Shown here: positions 37,331 to 51,520 of the stretch, one piece after another
Position numbering within the stretch: position 1 is the first letter of the stretch
Layout of the letters: each line of letters opens with the position of its first letter
Source of the DNA: Octopus vulgaris
Lineage: Eukaryota
Assembly (NCBI GenBank): GCA_951406725.2
Contig: OX597825.1
Location: 41,788,001-41,852,000 of the forward strand
DNA: 64,000 nucleotides
Direction of reading: 5' to 3'
Notes under the pieces: generated by a model
Databases searched by the model: none
Told to the model about the DNA's origin: nothing
What the model saw: only the letters and a program-made list of their open reading frames with translations
Position numbers and translations under genes: made by a program

Positions 37331-40208
37331 CTCTGTTTATATATTCAATTTTTTTAGTAACATGCAAAAAAGAATCTTACTCAGATAAATTCACATGACT
37401 AGAATTGCAGACATTACAATAAGTAGAGAGAAAATTTTTTTTATTTGTTCAACATGACAGAATTATGTTTTAAAATATGTTTGAAGGATTTGTAGTCTTA
37501 CAACTGAAAATAATTGCAACAGTATCTTTCACTTCATTTTGAACTGATGCTGTTTTAACTGATTGAATTTCATAGACTTTTGTAATATGGCTTCAATTTT
37601 TAAATGTGAGTTGTTATAGCCCAAAGCAGTTTATTCAATAACACCTAAACTTTTAGCATATTAAATATTCAATATCTAAAATATAAGTTCAAAAATGTTC
37701 ATAACATATAATAGAAGATATGTTATAGAAAACATGTCAGATTAGATGAAATAACAGTTTTGAATGTAACAAATATATTGCGCAAGATGATCTATACTGG
37801 CAAGAAGAGAAGTATAAAATGGTTATGATAGATATACAGAGTACAAAGAGATTTGGCCAAAGGGTTGTGGTTTAAAATTTAAACAATATCTCACAAATTT
37901 AATGATCTAGGATGAAGACACAGAAAGTAAAGAGACAGATATTATGGTACAGTAGTATGAAACATTATCAAAAGCAAAGAACCAAATGTACTGAATTGGG
38001 CACATACAAAACAATGAGCCTTTTCTTTTATAAAAACAGAGTAAGCATAATTGGTAATTTTTTATAATAGAAAGATTTTCACACAAAAATGAATTTGAAA
38101 GTATAAATGGTTCAAACAGTGGAATATGTTCTGTGGTGTAAAGAAGAGAGATTTTCTTATAAGTAGGTCATGAAACTCCAAACGACAAAAATAGAGAAGC
38201 AGTATTGAAGAGTAGATATGGACAGAAGGGAAGATATGGGTAAAACAGCAGTGTGCAATGATGTAAATAGGATGGGCACTATACAATATGGGAGGAAGTA
38301 AAATGTAAGTTAAGGTGCGATCATGAAAGATGTAGGTCTGTTGAAATGTCAAGAGCTGGTGGATAATGTAGAAGATAGGAGAGAAAGGTGGCTAAGAAGA
38401 TGAAGGAGCTAAAGATGAAGGTTCCACTTCATAATAATATGGCCACACACACACAAACATGTTGAGAAACTATACATTTTGTTAAATGCACCAAAGAGCA
38501 GTTGAGCTAATAAAGACAGTGCCAAAGTAGCTTTAACATTCCACTTTGTGCAGTTTGAGAACATATTGTTGTGAGTAGAACCCAAGGGGAAGTGAAAAAA
38601 AAAATTCCAGTAACATACTGTAATCAGTCCACTCCAACACACCATATAACAAGAAGGTTATTATTGAGTCAAGATCCACTTCTATTAAGGGAGCCAAATC
38701 AGTTTCATTATTAGTCAAGAATAATAATATTTTCACCAAAGAAACAGGAGTAACAATTATTTGTAGAGGATAGTTAAAAAGGTATGGTACATGCTCATTA
38801 ACCCAGAATGAATGTCCCACCAGAGCTTAGCAGACATCCAAATCAAAAATATGTGAATAAAGATACAAGAAATGGTTATAACCATAACTTAGTTATTTTT
38901 GTCAATTTTCTCTGTACTTGACTGTCAATTCTAATTAACAAATTTTATATGGTACTATGCCAAACATTTCATGAAAGTGCAGAGTGGATTAAATCTACCC
39001 CCTGTAACTTTGCTGGTTCTTATTTTATCAAACCCAAATGAAAGAAATGTAAAGATCCCCCTGATGAGATTTGAATGATGACAGTAATGGAGTGTAACTA
39101 AACACCATTCTGCAATCCTTCACCTTTTCTAACTGCATGCAGACATAGTATACACACATGAATTGTAAAGAAGAGTCACAACTTCATAGATTCTTTTGTA
39201 AAGAGACTTCACTCTGGTCAGGCTGATTTCAATGCTCTTGTAATACTTTCTAGAAACCAGTAACACAAACAGTGTAATTTTCTCATAATTTTCTTCTGAA
39301 GATACAAATGGAAAACTTACAATATACTAGGTAATTCTTGCCATTTGCTACAAGAGACTGCCCTCAGAAAAGGAACAATGTTCTACTACATTGCAATATT
39401 ATATGATGATAACGTTAGTGGCATCCTATTTTGTACAAAATGTCCTCCTCCTTTTTTCTGCCTCATCCTTTTCCTTCTTCTTCTCCTCCTCCTTCCTCTT
39501 CCCAACTTCTTTCTCCACATTCCTCTAAATGTATTTATTGCAGCTACTGAATAACCTGGCCACCAACTTCATCTTTCTATTGGAAACAACCAATGCAATA
39601 AATGGGATAAAGGTTAAAAGTTCATGTGTTGCTTCAATTATTAGACATGCAGCCAGTTAGCCCACACAGCAATGACCTTCTGCAATACAACATACACCAA
39701 CAAGCAACCACCATGACATTAGACAAAGCAGTTTTACAACAAGATTGAGAATGGTGTGACAAAAAGTTTAGTGAGTAATTACCATGACAGGCGACAAAGG
39801 GATTCTTTCTTCAAGTGACAGCGGATGTTGCATGATGCTTGTGTATGAAGTGTGAAGTTGTACAAGGACTAAACAAGAGCAAGGTATGCAGTGGTATCTG
39901 AAGTTTGGAAAGAGAAAGAAATGGGTATGCTTTCCAGATGTGAAATGTTAGCATACATGAACAACTGAGTCCATGTATGAGAAATTATAACCATAGGCTT
40001 GGGAACAGGAAGTGCAAGTGGTATAAGTGTACCCCCTATTTTTTCAGTAGAGATGGCAATGAAAATGCTCTGAGCATTTTCCTAAAAAGTTCATCACTAA
40101 AATGAACAAGCATAGAAACATTTTTGGACTTTGAAACAATACTTTTCCATCAGTGGATTTATCTTATTTCATTGATGTGCAATTGTAATAATAACAATAA
40201 TTATTATT

Positions 40209-40430
40209 AAGGCAGAAAGCTGGCAGAATTGTTACCACATCAGACAGAATGTTTAGTGGTATTTCTTCCAACCTTACATTCTGAGTGCAAAGAATACTGG
40301 GGTTGACTATCTTTCATCCTTTCAGGGTTGACAAAATAAATACCAGTTAAAGACTGGGGTTGATGTAATTGACTTATCCTCTACTCTGAAATTGCTAAAT
40401 TGCTGCCCTTGTGCCAAGATTTAAAACTGA
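40209..40430 (+). mobile_element. Nin-domain-type SINE
   Basis: aggcagaaagctggcagaattgtta...ctttcatcctttcagggttgacaaaataaataccagtt...ccttgtgccaagatttaaaac. Confidence 0.75.
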
Positions 40431-41039
40431 TAATGATAATTATTATTATACCCATGCTTTTTGATATCAAGATTGAAAAAAATTGACATTGTTTGTAAAA
40501 AATTGGGGACCTGGGATTGTTCTCCCCTAAGCAAATTTCATTCCCATACTTATGACTATTACTGAAGTGTGTAAGAAAGGTGACTGAAGCAACACAAGCA
40601 TTTGACACAGGTAATCAAAGTATAAGGAAGCTATGGAAGAGTAAAGGTTATCTTAGAGACTGAACTTCATAAAAAAGAACCTTAAAGGGGGTTGCAAATA
40701 GCAAGCTGCTATGCTGGAAAAAGACTAATCCTGCCCGCATAAACAGATAAAACATGAAAATGAAGTGATTCTACATGTATAATAATATAAAGATTCATCA
40801 CCAGTAAACATACTTTATATGTCCGTTCCTCTAAACCTGCATATGTAGTATTATTTCATATTTTATTTTTAAAAATCATGTTGCTTACAAAGAAAAAAAT
40901 TCCAACTGATTTGTGAATTATGATTTATTGCTTTTTAGCATCTAATCCTTCTTTCTCAGTATATATTACAATGTCATTAGCTGGTTTGATAATATTAATA
41001 CTAACAAATCTAAGTTTACCTAATTCAATATAATCAAAA

Positions 41040-43150
41040 GTTATTCCACAATTTCTAAATCTCTATTCACCAGCACCTTAAAATAATAAAGTTGGGAATC
41101 ATACAACAGTGCATGGCTTTTGTTCTTGTCTGACAGAACAATATCAGTTTTGCTACGTTTGCCCTGAATTGATGATTTTATTGGGGTGTTGCACCAGCAT
41201 TCTCTGTTTTTAAAGGTGTGTATACATGCTGGTTCTGACATGCCTCAGGGCAGTCCTTCTTGTGGATAGCATTGTAAATAGTCTTTACAATTTTGTCAAG
41301 CCTCAGGGGATGGTGGTATCTTGTAGACATTTTGGAGCAGATGATGATGATGATGTGAGTGGTATCTTCCACACTGGTATAGCAGTGAAGGTTTGATGGT
41401 ATCTTTGTTCCTCTTATTTATCAGGTATTTAGTAGCTATCTCCTGTTCTTGGATAGCAAAGGTATATCCTTCTAGGTGGGACGTAATGTATCTATCACAG
41501 GTCCAGGAGAGGCTACTCTTCCTGTCTATGCAGTTGTTACCCACTAGCTTACAGGGTATATACCCAAGCATTGTGTTTTGTTGGTATGATGCCTGCTTCT
41601 CCTCTGAAATTCTAGTGAGGTAGGCCAGTCTAACCTCCTTTGGGTCACATGAAATAGTTGTATTCTCAGAGTACCAGCACAATAGTTCTCCAGCTCTGAA
41701 GATGTTGTTGCTCTCACTTTTGAGTGTGCATGGAATGTATTCATTTTTTTCAGCAGGTATTGTCTGAGTGACACAATGTGATATTTAAAGGCTGTTTGGA
41801 CTGACCTAATTATCTCTAACATTGTGAGATATGGTCTTGTTACATGTTAAAAGCAGACAGCTCTGAGTTCCATATTTTCTGGAGTCTACAGAAGTACTCT
41901 TTTGCTATTCTAACTTTAGTCACAGCACAATTGTATGCAACATTCTCATTGATTCTAAGTTATTTGTAGCTTTCATCATCAGAGACAGGGGAGATAGACA
42001 CGCCATTGATGTACATGTTCTCTGCCTGGTTAACAATTTTTCCTTAGTTGACTATCTTGTATGAGCATTTATCTTGCCCAAACGCCATTTCTAAATCTTG
42101 TGAGAATGTTGTGACTAGTTCTAATTGTCTCTTGATCTTAGCGATATTACCAGCATATAACTTTAGGTCATCAACAAAACTTACATGGGTAACATTAGCT
42201 TTATTCGTTTCTGCATATCCCAGCATGTAACCTTGGTATTTTGTTAACAGGGCTGACAGGGGAGTCACTGTTAACGCAAACAACATTACAATAAACTATC
42301 ACCCTTGAATATGCCTGGTGATAGCTTAATTCTTTTTGTAACAATAGGCGTTGCTTTAGTAGTTGTCAGTGATAACTGTGTGGACGTTGTTGCAGTCAGA
42401 CTTTCAATGGCATTCACTATAGCAGCCAATACTTTGGCAAGGTGTAGTGTTCTATCCCCCATGAGTGAAGCACAGTCAAACACCTTCTTGTAGTCCAGTC
42501 ATATCGTTAAGAGATTATGGTGAGGTTGCTTGGAGGAGCTGTTCAGCACAACTCCAAACTCCTTTCTTTTCTCCTTGCCTGTTTATCAGTAGCCATACCA
42601 TTTGATAGCCTTTGGACAGTTTATACATAGCATTTAGGTATGCTATGGGCTTATAGCTTTTGTCCACATGAGTCACTTTGTTCTTGGGGATAAGAGTATT
42701 CCATGCAACAGTTAGTCAATCTGGTATATAAAGCTCAGTGTGCACTGTTTTTTTAAACAGGTTTGTAAGAATTTCTTCGTAGAACATGAGCTTTTTGTAC
42801 CAGTAGCCCACTATCAGATCCCTCCCAGGTGATTTTCCATTCAGCAGTTTCATAATAACCATCAAGAGTGTTTCACTGGTGATGTTATATGTTTTGGAAG
42901 AGGTGTTTATGCAGTGCTCACTTCATAGGTTGTTTAACCATGCTGAATCATGGCTGTGTCATTTGATTACATTCCAGATTCTCCACCAGAATGACTTAAA
43001 GTCTTCATAGGGAGGAGCATTTACTACCTGAATGATATCACCTTTCATACTGTGAAATGCACCTTGTAGGTTTTGGGCAAACTTTCAGTTTGTTATTTGC
43101 CATTCGTGTAATTTCTTACTATAGCAAAGGTTTTCACTTTACCACTCATA
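41040..43150 (-). mobile_element. Decayed R4/Dong-clade LINE (RT plus CCHC/RLE region)
   Basis: LDYKKVFD, GIFKGDSL, HVSFVDDLKLY, FGQDKC, EGYTFAIQEQEIATKYL, KTDIVL; many stops and frameshifts. Confidence 0.85.
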
Positions 43151-43342
43151 GATTGTTAAAGAGTGATGCGTTTTCTTGTGAGTGTTTCTCAGTGGCAGTT
43201 CCCATACAATTTGGAGAACCTATTATACAGTCATGAACTCATTTTTAGCCTTGCATTTGATGTGTATGTATGTATGCATGTACATATGTACATATGTACA
43301 TTTGTATGGCTCCAAGGTGGCTATAAGATGTTGCACAAGCAC

Positions 43343-43382
<40 letters not shown>

Positions 43383-43450
43383 GCACTACTTCTTATAATA
43401 GAAACAGCTGTTACAAAATTCCTTCCCTCTTATCACTTGTTAATGCATAT

Positions 43451-44320
43451 GTGTGTCAGATAAATTCATTCATTTTTTTAACCCATTAATTTTAATTTCT
43501 ATTTTTCAGCAACAATTTTAACAAATGGGTCAATAATGTTTTTCCTTCATTGTTCACAACTTCTTGTCAATGTTCCACATACTTATCCATGCATTGGTAG
43601 TAGAAATAATTGGGTCTTGACTCAAGGAATTGATCAAGCCATATTTTTCAGGATCTATGCTATTATTGAACAAAACACCTCACACACTTTTGGAGAGTGA
43701 TTGTAAACGATTATAATCTGAAGGAGAATACAATGGGTGCAGACCTTCTTAACCAAGATCTTGACAAGCATTTTTGGTGAAATTAGCAATGTAGGGGTGA
43801 GTGTTGTCATGTTGAAGAACTACATTCTGTTGCTGGTCAGGTCATTTGGAACTAACACATCAAATGAAAGTGACAGGTAACAGTATCATATGACCATCTC
43901 TTTAGCTTGGATTGGATGAGCTATTTCAGTCGATCTCCATTGAACTGAATAGGCTGACCAGAACATAGTGTGTCTGTGTGACTGAATTTCCCCTCCTTGA
44001 AACAGAAAATCCATTTCCGTACAGTTCTTTCTGTAATAGTGCCTTCTCTGTACACAGCACAAAAGTCTCAAGCAGCTTTGGTAGCTTGGAATCTTGACTG
44101 AAAGTGAATGGAACCAAGTGCTGAAAATGCTCTTTTTTTTTCTGCTTAGCACTCCATCATCTTATGTATGAATAGCAGTAAAATTTATTCAAACTTCAAA
44201 AACAGTAAAAAAAAGAAAGCTGGAGAGGAAGAATTTGAGCTACAAAAAAAAAATAAAACACTACAATGAATTTTTTTGTGATAATTCAAATAACAAATGA
44301 ATTTATCTGACAATCTAATA
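43451..44320 (-). mobile_element. Internally deleted mariner transposon
   Basis: TIRs tgtcagataaattcatt / aatgaatttatctgaca; LQHDNTHP and HPLYSPSDY remnants; 5' part homologous to 17825-18090. Confidence 0.78.
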
Positions 44321-45115
44321 CACACATGCACACACACATGCACACATGCACATACACGCATACAGACACACACACGCACACTCACACACACACATGATAA
44401 GAAATTAATGGCTTCTTAAAGAGTGTGTAAATTATATTTTACATGCTAAATATATCACCCTAAAAGTGATTATCACCATTAAGTTAAGTATCATAAACGT
44501 GTCAGATGTTGCTTTCAATGCTACACAGTAAACACAAACCATATAGCAAACCTAATGAAAAGCACACACATGTTAATATAGACTATTGTTCTTCACTCAT
44601 AGTCTTTACACACGTGATAAAGAAATGAAAAAATATTCTTTAACTTGTCATTGAATACAGAAATCTTCAATAAGGCAACCCTATAACATTAAAACGCTAT
44701 CAGATAATGGATTCAAAGTAGGAACAATAACAAATGCTGCAACATTATCCCCTTTTCTCTTAATCTTTAAGTTATATTGTTAAAAATATCCTAGCCATAA
44801 TTAATAAGCATTTCCACATTAACCATTGGAAAAACTTAATATGGTATAAACCAAATAAATTAACAGAGTCAAAATTTACATGTAACTGATTCCAACAATG
44901 GATAGAAGATTCTTGAAAGAAAAGCATTACAGAAATTGTACAAAAAGTTGATATTATGCATAATTGAGAAAGATTTCATACTCTAAAACCATCAATAAAC
45001 TATTTAAATATTTAAATCAGAGATTTTTTTCTGAATGTCACTTTAAGTGTAACACCTGAAGCACTGGCGACCCATTCCATCACAGGAGTGATCTGATTAA
45101 TGTTTAGCTGTTTAC

Positions 45116-45420
45116 CTGGAACAATCACACAATTTCTCTATCCTCACTGAATAAGATTCCAGGAAATTGTGTCAGTGATCAAGTCACAGAAGTGTGGTAA
45201 TTCCTTTTTGACACTATACAATACACAGAAAAAGAAAAAAATGAATGTTAACATAACAACTTTTGCATGTGCTTAAATGGCTAAAATGATATTGCTAAGA
45301 AACAATTAATAAGTAGGATTACCTGCATTGTTTCCAGATGTCCAGTGGTTGAGAGAGTGTTAAATGAGTAGCTACTTCAAATTGAAATAATTTTATAAAT
45401 GACTGTTGTTTCATCAACCC
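45116..45420 (-). other. Two candidate spliced exons (45323-45420 and 45116-45213) of an unidentified transcript
   Basis: Strong polypyrimidine-TAG acceptors and CAG|GTAA donors around a 109-nt intron; the spliced frame reads GLMKQQSF...WNLIQ* and is not recognised. Confidence 0.4.
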
Positions 45421-47253
45421 CTATAAAAGTGAGAAAATGAACATGAAATTCCAAACAAGGTCTTTGTGAGTTCTTGATTGTGTAATTGAAACATGAGTTA
45501 TGTCTTTATGTTCAGACAAATAGTGCAACTGTTTAGCAATATTAATGATCACTTCCATTTTATTTCAAATAGTCTCCCTTGATATTTGAAATCCTTCATC
45601 ATTTTAAATAAAAGAATAGAATTTATTCCAAATATCTTTTATATTTTTCACAGCAATTTTTACTAAGGCGCTTTTATAACTTTTAGTGCACCTAAAGCTG
45701 TGAATGATTTTATAATTCTTTTAGTATTCAGCTTTATTCCTTATCAATAGCATTTATTAACTGAAGAAATGCATGCCAAAACTGATATGTTTAAATGTTG
45801 CAATAATGCCTTGGTCCATTCTTTACAATAAGTATTTGGTGACATAAACACTAATATGTCATTTTGATGGTAATGTAACAGAGATTGGTAAAGTACAAAA
45901 TTTATTATCTATGATCAGTAGTACATGAAATAAAATGTTTTCACCTTCATAGTTTTCCTTTTTTAATTCAGGTACAAAAAGATGCATCAATCAATCTTCA
46001 AAAATTGTAACCTAAGTACTTTATGTGTATATGTGCTTTCAATAGGATGGGAAGTGAAACTTTTATGACACCTTTAAGTACCTATAAATTGTTGACACTT
46101 TACTCTTGAGTGGGTCTTAGTTTAGTATTTAGTAACATTAACTTCAAACACTAAAGTTAAATCAACTTAGCTACTTAAAGATCAAATTTTGACGACTTAC
46201 CTTTCCCAATAAGATTTCTTGCTGGTAACATACTTCCAAAATAAGCAGATATAATCTACATTCATTGTCTGTGAGTGCATGTAGCCATATTATTATAGTA
46301 TCTCTTCCAATGGTTTCAGGAATAAATTTTCTTGGATGTCAGCACTCCTTGAAAATTTATATTCTGCTATGTAGCTGCTTTTTTTAATATTCATAAAACC
46401 TGCCCCTACTTGTATTAAATGTTTCTTTCCAACTGTCTTCTTTTCTTTTTTTTTTTAAATGTCATAAAAATAAATGAAGCTTTCACACAAATAACAACTT
46501 GCATAATAGGCACGTTTATACGTTGCTTAGATCAGTTATCCATGAGGATAAATTTGGGGAATAAGTATGATCCCTCTTGCATTACAAAGATTTGTAGCTT
46601 GCAAAAACTACAGACATATAATTTTATTTAAATATTTTTTTCTTTATCCATTAAAATCGTAGGTTCAGATGACTAACTCCAAATAAAATTTGAAGGCAAG
46701 CATTTAACAGTTGTTTTCTATTTTTTTTCAATTCATCAGAAGGTATTTTTTCCCTCAAAATTCTTGTTTTCAAAGCTATTCTTTAAATTAGCAGTAGCAT
46801 TTTCTACAGTTCTAGCTCTTTGTGTTGGAATGGTGAATTAATGTAAGTTTTAAAACAAAGTGTTGTGGAATAATTTACAAAGTAACTAAATGACTAAATA
46901 GACAAACACTCAACTCACTGACATATTATTGATGCAGATGGCAGTAATTAGGTTTTTAAAGCAATCATTATGAATATTTTCTACAAAAGATTTTTTTTAA
47001 ATGCTTACTTTTATAACCAGAAGAAAACAGAGCTCTTCAAGTAGGCGATCATTAAGCATATATGCACGTGTATGTGACTCTGTGTGTGTATTTAGCATAT
47101 GATCACACATACACAAACACACTCGTATAAACATATATGCATAGAATAAGAACCAGGCTTACAAAGAATAAGTCCAGTGGTCGATTTCTTCAATTAATAA
47201 GGCAGTGCTCCAGCTTGGCCACAATCAAGTGACTAAAACAAGTAAAAGAATAA

Positions 47254-47631
47254 TTTATTATATAAAATCCGTTCTGACTGTCTGTGTGTGTCTTCTAGGA
47301 CCTCGGGCATCCTCCACGTGATTACGCTCAAATTTGATATGTAGATACCGACGGTATCAGGGCGTGTATAAGTCTTGAAAAAAATTACAAAAATCGATTC
47401 CAGGTGAGAATGCGATCGATAAAGCCGTGGGAACGTGCATTTGTAAAATCGTTTTTCTTGGAATAGAAAAAAGTCTATCTTTATTTATTTTGCTGGTGTC
47501 TCAAATTTAGATTCAATCAGTGTTTCTCAAAGAGGAGGCCTATGGGACGGTCGGACAAGTTGTTTTGAGAAAATTCGGTTTAAATGTTTGACAACTCAGC
47601 ACCGTCCATTGGACAGGGGGCGTTTTGCTCG
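47254..47631 (+). mobile_element. Non-autonomous Helitron-type element
   Basis: Starts tttattatataaaatccgttctgactgtctgtgtgtg; 3' hairpin gtccattggac then CTCG|T (variant of CTAG|T). Confidence 0.55.
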
Positions 47632-47952
47632 TATTAATATATACATACATTAATCTAAGTATGCAATATTACAGATCCATTACATTACCTGCCAATCAGT
47701 TTCCCAGGGATGGCATGTATGGAAAAAGATGTCCATATTTTTTCAATACCTGTCTCCTCTGAATAGTGCATTTATTTGACAACACTCCTATTATTTCACG
47801 TCCGATGTGAAGCTTAAAGGTAAGATCAATTGTAATGGATTGTTAATACTGATTAATGTATCCCCTCTATTGACAAGTACAAGCGTGGTAATTTTTTTTT
47901 TTTTTTGACTTATGGTTTCTTAGTTAACTGCATATACATGCATGTAAGACGT

Positions 47953-47992
<40 letters not shown>

Positions 47993-48171
47993 CGTGTGTG
48001 TGCGATGTACTTGCATAACAAGTGACTTGATCTGAGATCATGTGCAGAAACAAAACAATTGCAGCGTGGAAGATGTTTGTAAGCCATTTAAAAACACATA
48101 AAGCCCCTTAGTTTCACTTCAACATTTAAATTTAATTTGTGTCAAAATATTTTCGTTGTTTTGAAACCACA

Positions 48172-49890
48172 ACAGATGTATGTGATAGTACTGAAGACCT
48201 CCTTAGCAGGATCCGCGAATGCAACAACACATGTGACCTCAGCGAGCACATCGTAGATATCATGGATGTGGTATCACTATATTCTTCCATTGATGTAGAC
48301 TTTGCTATTGAAAAATGCATAGAGTTAATTTGTGAAAGTAATATGATATTTAAAAATGTGGACATAAATGAACTGGGTCTCTTTCTGACCATAACTTGTA
48401 CCGATGAATATCTTACAATAATCTGGTATATGCTTGTCCCACCGTAACAAACGAGGTAGACCACCAACCATTACCTCAGCATGCAAAAAGACCCACAGTG
48501 AATGCTGGCATGACTGGACAAAACCAGACCACTCACCTTCAGATGTACATGACATCAGAACTACTGTTGCACACACTATCAGTGCCAGCTTTAGAACCAC
48601 TCTTAAAAACCACTCTTAAAAACCATATTTTAAAGTTTAATAGTAAACTATACAAACAGATGAAAGGTGGTGCTATTGGCTTAGGATCACCAGTAATGTT
48701 GTCAACCTCTTGATGGTTTGATAGAACAGATATGTTAAGCAGTGCCTAGTGACCCGTAACATCCACTTAGCTATGTACTCTCAATACATTGACGATATTA
48801 ACCTTGTCGAGAAAAGAAATATGCATATAAACACTTTACTAGATGAAGAACCGATGATGGCAACTATACAACACATATCTAACACTATCCATAGTAGTAT
48901 AAAGGTTACTGTAGACTACACCTCTAAACACCCCCCAAATAGATTACCTATCCTAGATACTGTTTGTGGATTATAATCATCAGAACTGTTAAACCCTGTT
49001 TTCTCCACTCATGCTCTTATAAACCTATGGCTAATCCATTGGTAACCCGCCGTGACTCAGCAACGTTCGGTTCTACCAAAATCAACATCCTAGTGGCAGA
49101 CTTAGAGTAATGAGGAGCATATTCCCACTATGCCAATCACAAAAATGACAACTCATCCAACTCTACATATTCCGAATGCAATGTTCCGGTCACACTCAGT
49201 ACGATAGAATTAGAGTGTACAAAGGAGCAAAAACAAGATTTGAACGCATTCTAAAAGATGACGGAAACAGTATATGCCCACTACATTGCAACAAGTTCTG
49301 GAATAGGTTTTAGAGAGACACCAACAAAAGAAATAGAAATAATACTTGGTATGATAACAAGAAGTTTCACAGTGTACTGTTTGTTGACGCTACACCTATG
49401 AATGAGTTAAGTTGGACAATTAAGAAAATTCTATGCGCAGCTGGCCTTAAGATCAAAATTGTGGAAAAGACAGGTAAGACTATCAAATCTATATTAAGTA
49501 TGTCATACCCATTTGATAGAATCACGTGTCGAAATAATTGTGTAATATGTTCGACAAACCCACATGTGAACTGCAAAACGAAGAACACTGTATACGAGAT
49601 TAAGTGCCAGGAAGGGGCTTGGAAAGTTCTCCCAGAGTTCTATATTGGTGAGACATCTAGGAGCATCAATGATAGGCTCAAATAATATCTGGACAACTAC
49701 ATTGAGAAAAAAACCAATCTCCATCTTCTATCAGTATGCTGTAGTATGTCGTAATGGCACATGATGAAGACTTAGATTAGGCATTCTATCTACACATGCC
49801 TCTGAAGCAATGCTGAGACAAGTCACTGAAACTGTCTATATACAGGAATACAAACCCACCTTCAACCGTAAATCTGAATGAGGTAATACC
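48172..49890 (+). mobile_element. Decayed Penelope-like element (RT plus C-terminal GIY-YIG), a third family
   Basis: MDVVSLYSSI, KQMKGGAIG, YIDDI, LPILD, YKPMAN, CKTKNTVYEIKC..FYIGETSRS, RQVTETVYIQ. Confidence 0.87.
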
Positions 49891-50809
49891 CAAATTCCAC
49901 TCGGGTGTACCCATCTATAATCACCCCTTTCTCTCATTTACAAGTAGAAATTCATACATGTATGTTAAGATGTGTAAGGATCTTTTGTTACACATCACAC
50001 AGCTGTTACAATAAAGAGTAATTAAATAGAGCCAGATGGAAAGAGACACAACCGCATAAGAAGGATTAAGATTGCATTTATTGATATGATAAAATGCTGT
50101 TTGTGCGTCATGATGTACACAGAAATGATTGAGAGGATGTAATGAGAACAAAATGTATAGGTGTGTGTGGGCATAGGTGTATGCGCGCGTCAAGTACATT
50201 TACGGATGGCAATAAGAAGAAAACAGTGAAAATGTCCATGAGCCATCGAAGTGAGAAGTAAGTTCATAGACACAAGAAAGATGACAATACCAGTTCATGG
50301 TCAGTCGTTTTGTATTTTGACTGTAGCTATCTAAGGATAAAGTTATTGTATGTATCGATTGGTAAGGAATATAAATTTCTGGTTTTGTCAGAGAGAATAT
50401 AGATATTATCAGAGTATTATGTTGGGTAGCTAATTCTGAATATGATTTGAAGTTTTTGTGAATTTTATATTCTTCACTAAACGAAATGTTTTTTTCGAAA
50501 TTCTCTAGGTTTTTAAGTTGAATAGAATATCTATGGGTACCAAATTGTTTTTAGTAACGTGGCGTCTATATTCTACATAGTTTCGATGAATAGTGGTTTT
50601 AAAGGAGATATATATTATATTAAAGGTGCCCTATTCAAATACAGATAAGGAGAGCTTTTTCCAAACATAGCTGAATTAGGTATTGATATGTCGCTTGAAA
50701 AAATCCCTCCCGAACAACAGGATCCCTATCATTTTAGGAGACATCCTAGTTATCCTAACACATATAATAACAATAAAAAGCATAGGCAAACTGGAAGAAA
50801 AATGACGAG

Positions 50810-51520
50810 AAAACGGGAAGCTATATTGTTTAACCTTCCCCTATCTTCCTTCGGGTTAAACATCTTCCTAAGATGTTTTTAGTATCATTGACAAGAATTT
50901 CTCTTTAGGCCACAATATCACTCTATTTTTAATAGATCCTATCTCAAACTCTCATATTCTACTAGACCGTATTTAGGATCAATAATCGCAGGGAATAATA
51001 GATTTAAACTTAAGAATAAAGGGAATAAGGGTAGCTCCAGAATAAGAAGTAATGATAATAATATAGATAATGAACACACAAGGGCAAATAAACGGAATAA
51101 AGCCTGAAATTGTCAGAATCGTGATTCATGTTCATTTAAGGGGCTCCTGCTTAAAGAAAAAGGTGGTATACAAGACTGAGGTTGTGTCCACCAATCAACA
51201 TAAGGAAGTATACATAGGGAAAAATACAGACTTTAAAACGAGATATAGAAGGCACATCAGCTCATTCTCAAATCCAGGAACGAAAAATGCAGCTGCACTG
51301 GCTACGTTTGTTAATAAACTGAAAATATAGAATAAGGAATTTAGCTTAAATTGGTTAATTATATTGGAAACCACCCCATACAGGACGCAGACTAGAAAGT
51401 GTAAATTATGTACTAATGAAGCAATCAATATAATTCGTACAGATAAGAAATTTTTAATTAATAAAATCTTAGATGTTATAATTGTATGTAGGCATAAGTA
51501 TTCAGCTACGTTTAATTTTT
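50810..51520 (+). mobile_element. 3' fragment of a Penelope-like element (linker plus GIY-YIG)
   Basis: KYHSIFNRSYLKLSYS, CLKKKVVY..VYIG..FKTRYRRHISSF, CKLCTNE, VCRHKY. Confidence 0.85.

Noticed and set aside
38062-38820. Possible CR1/L2 LINE remnant or host exons
   Set aside because: Only vague similarity; no diagnostic RT motif could be read.
45116-46345. In-frame TGA codons in the candidate exons as selenocysteine
   Set aside because: Other stops lie close by in the same frames, no SECIS was identified and there is no selenoprotein similarity.
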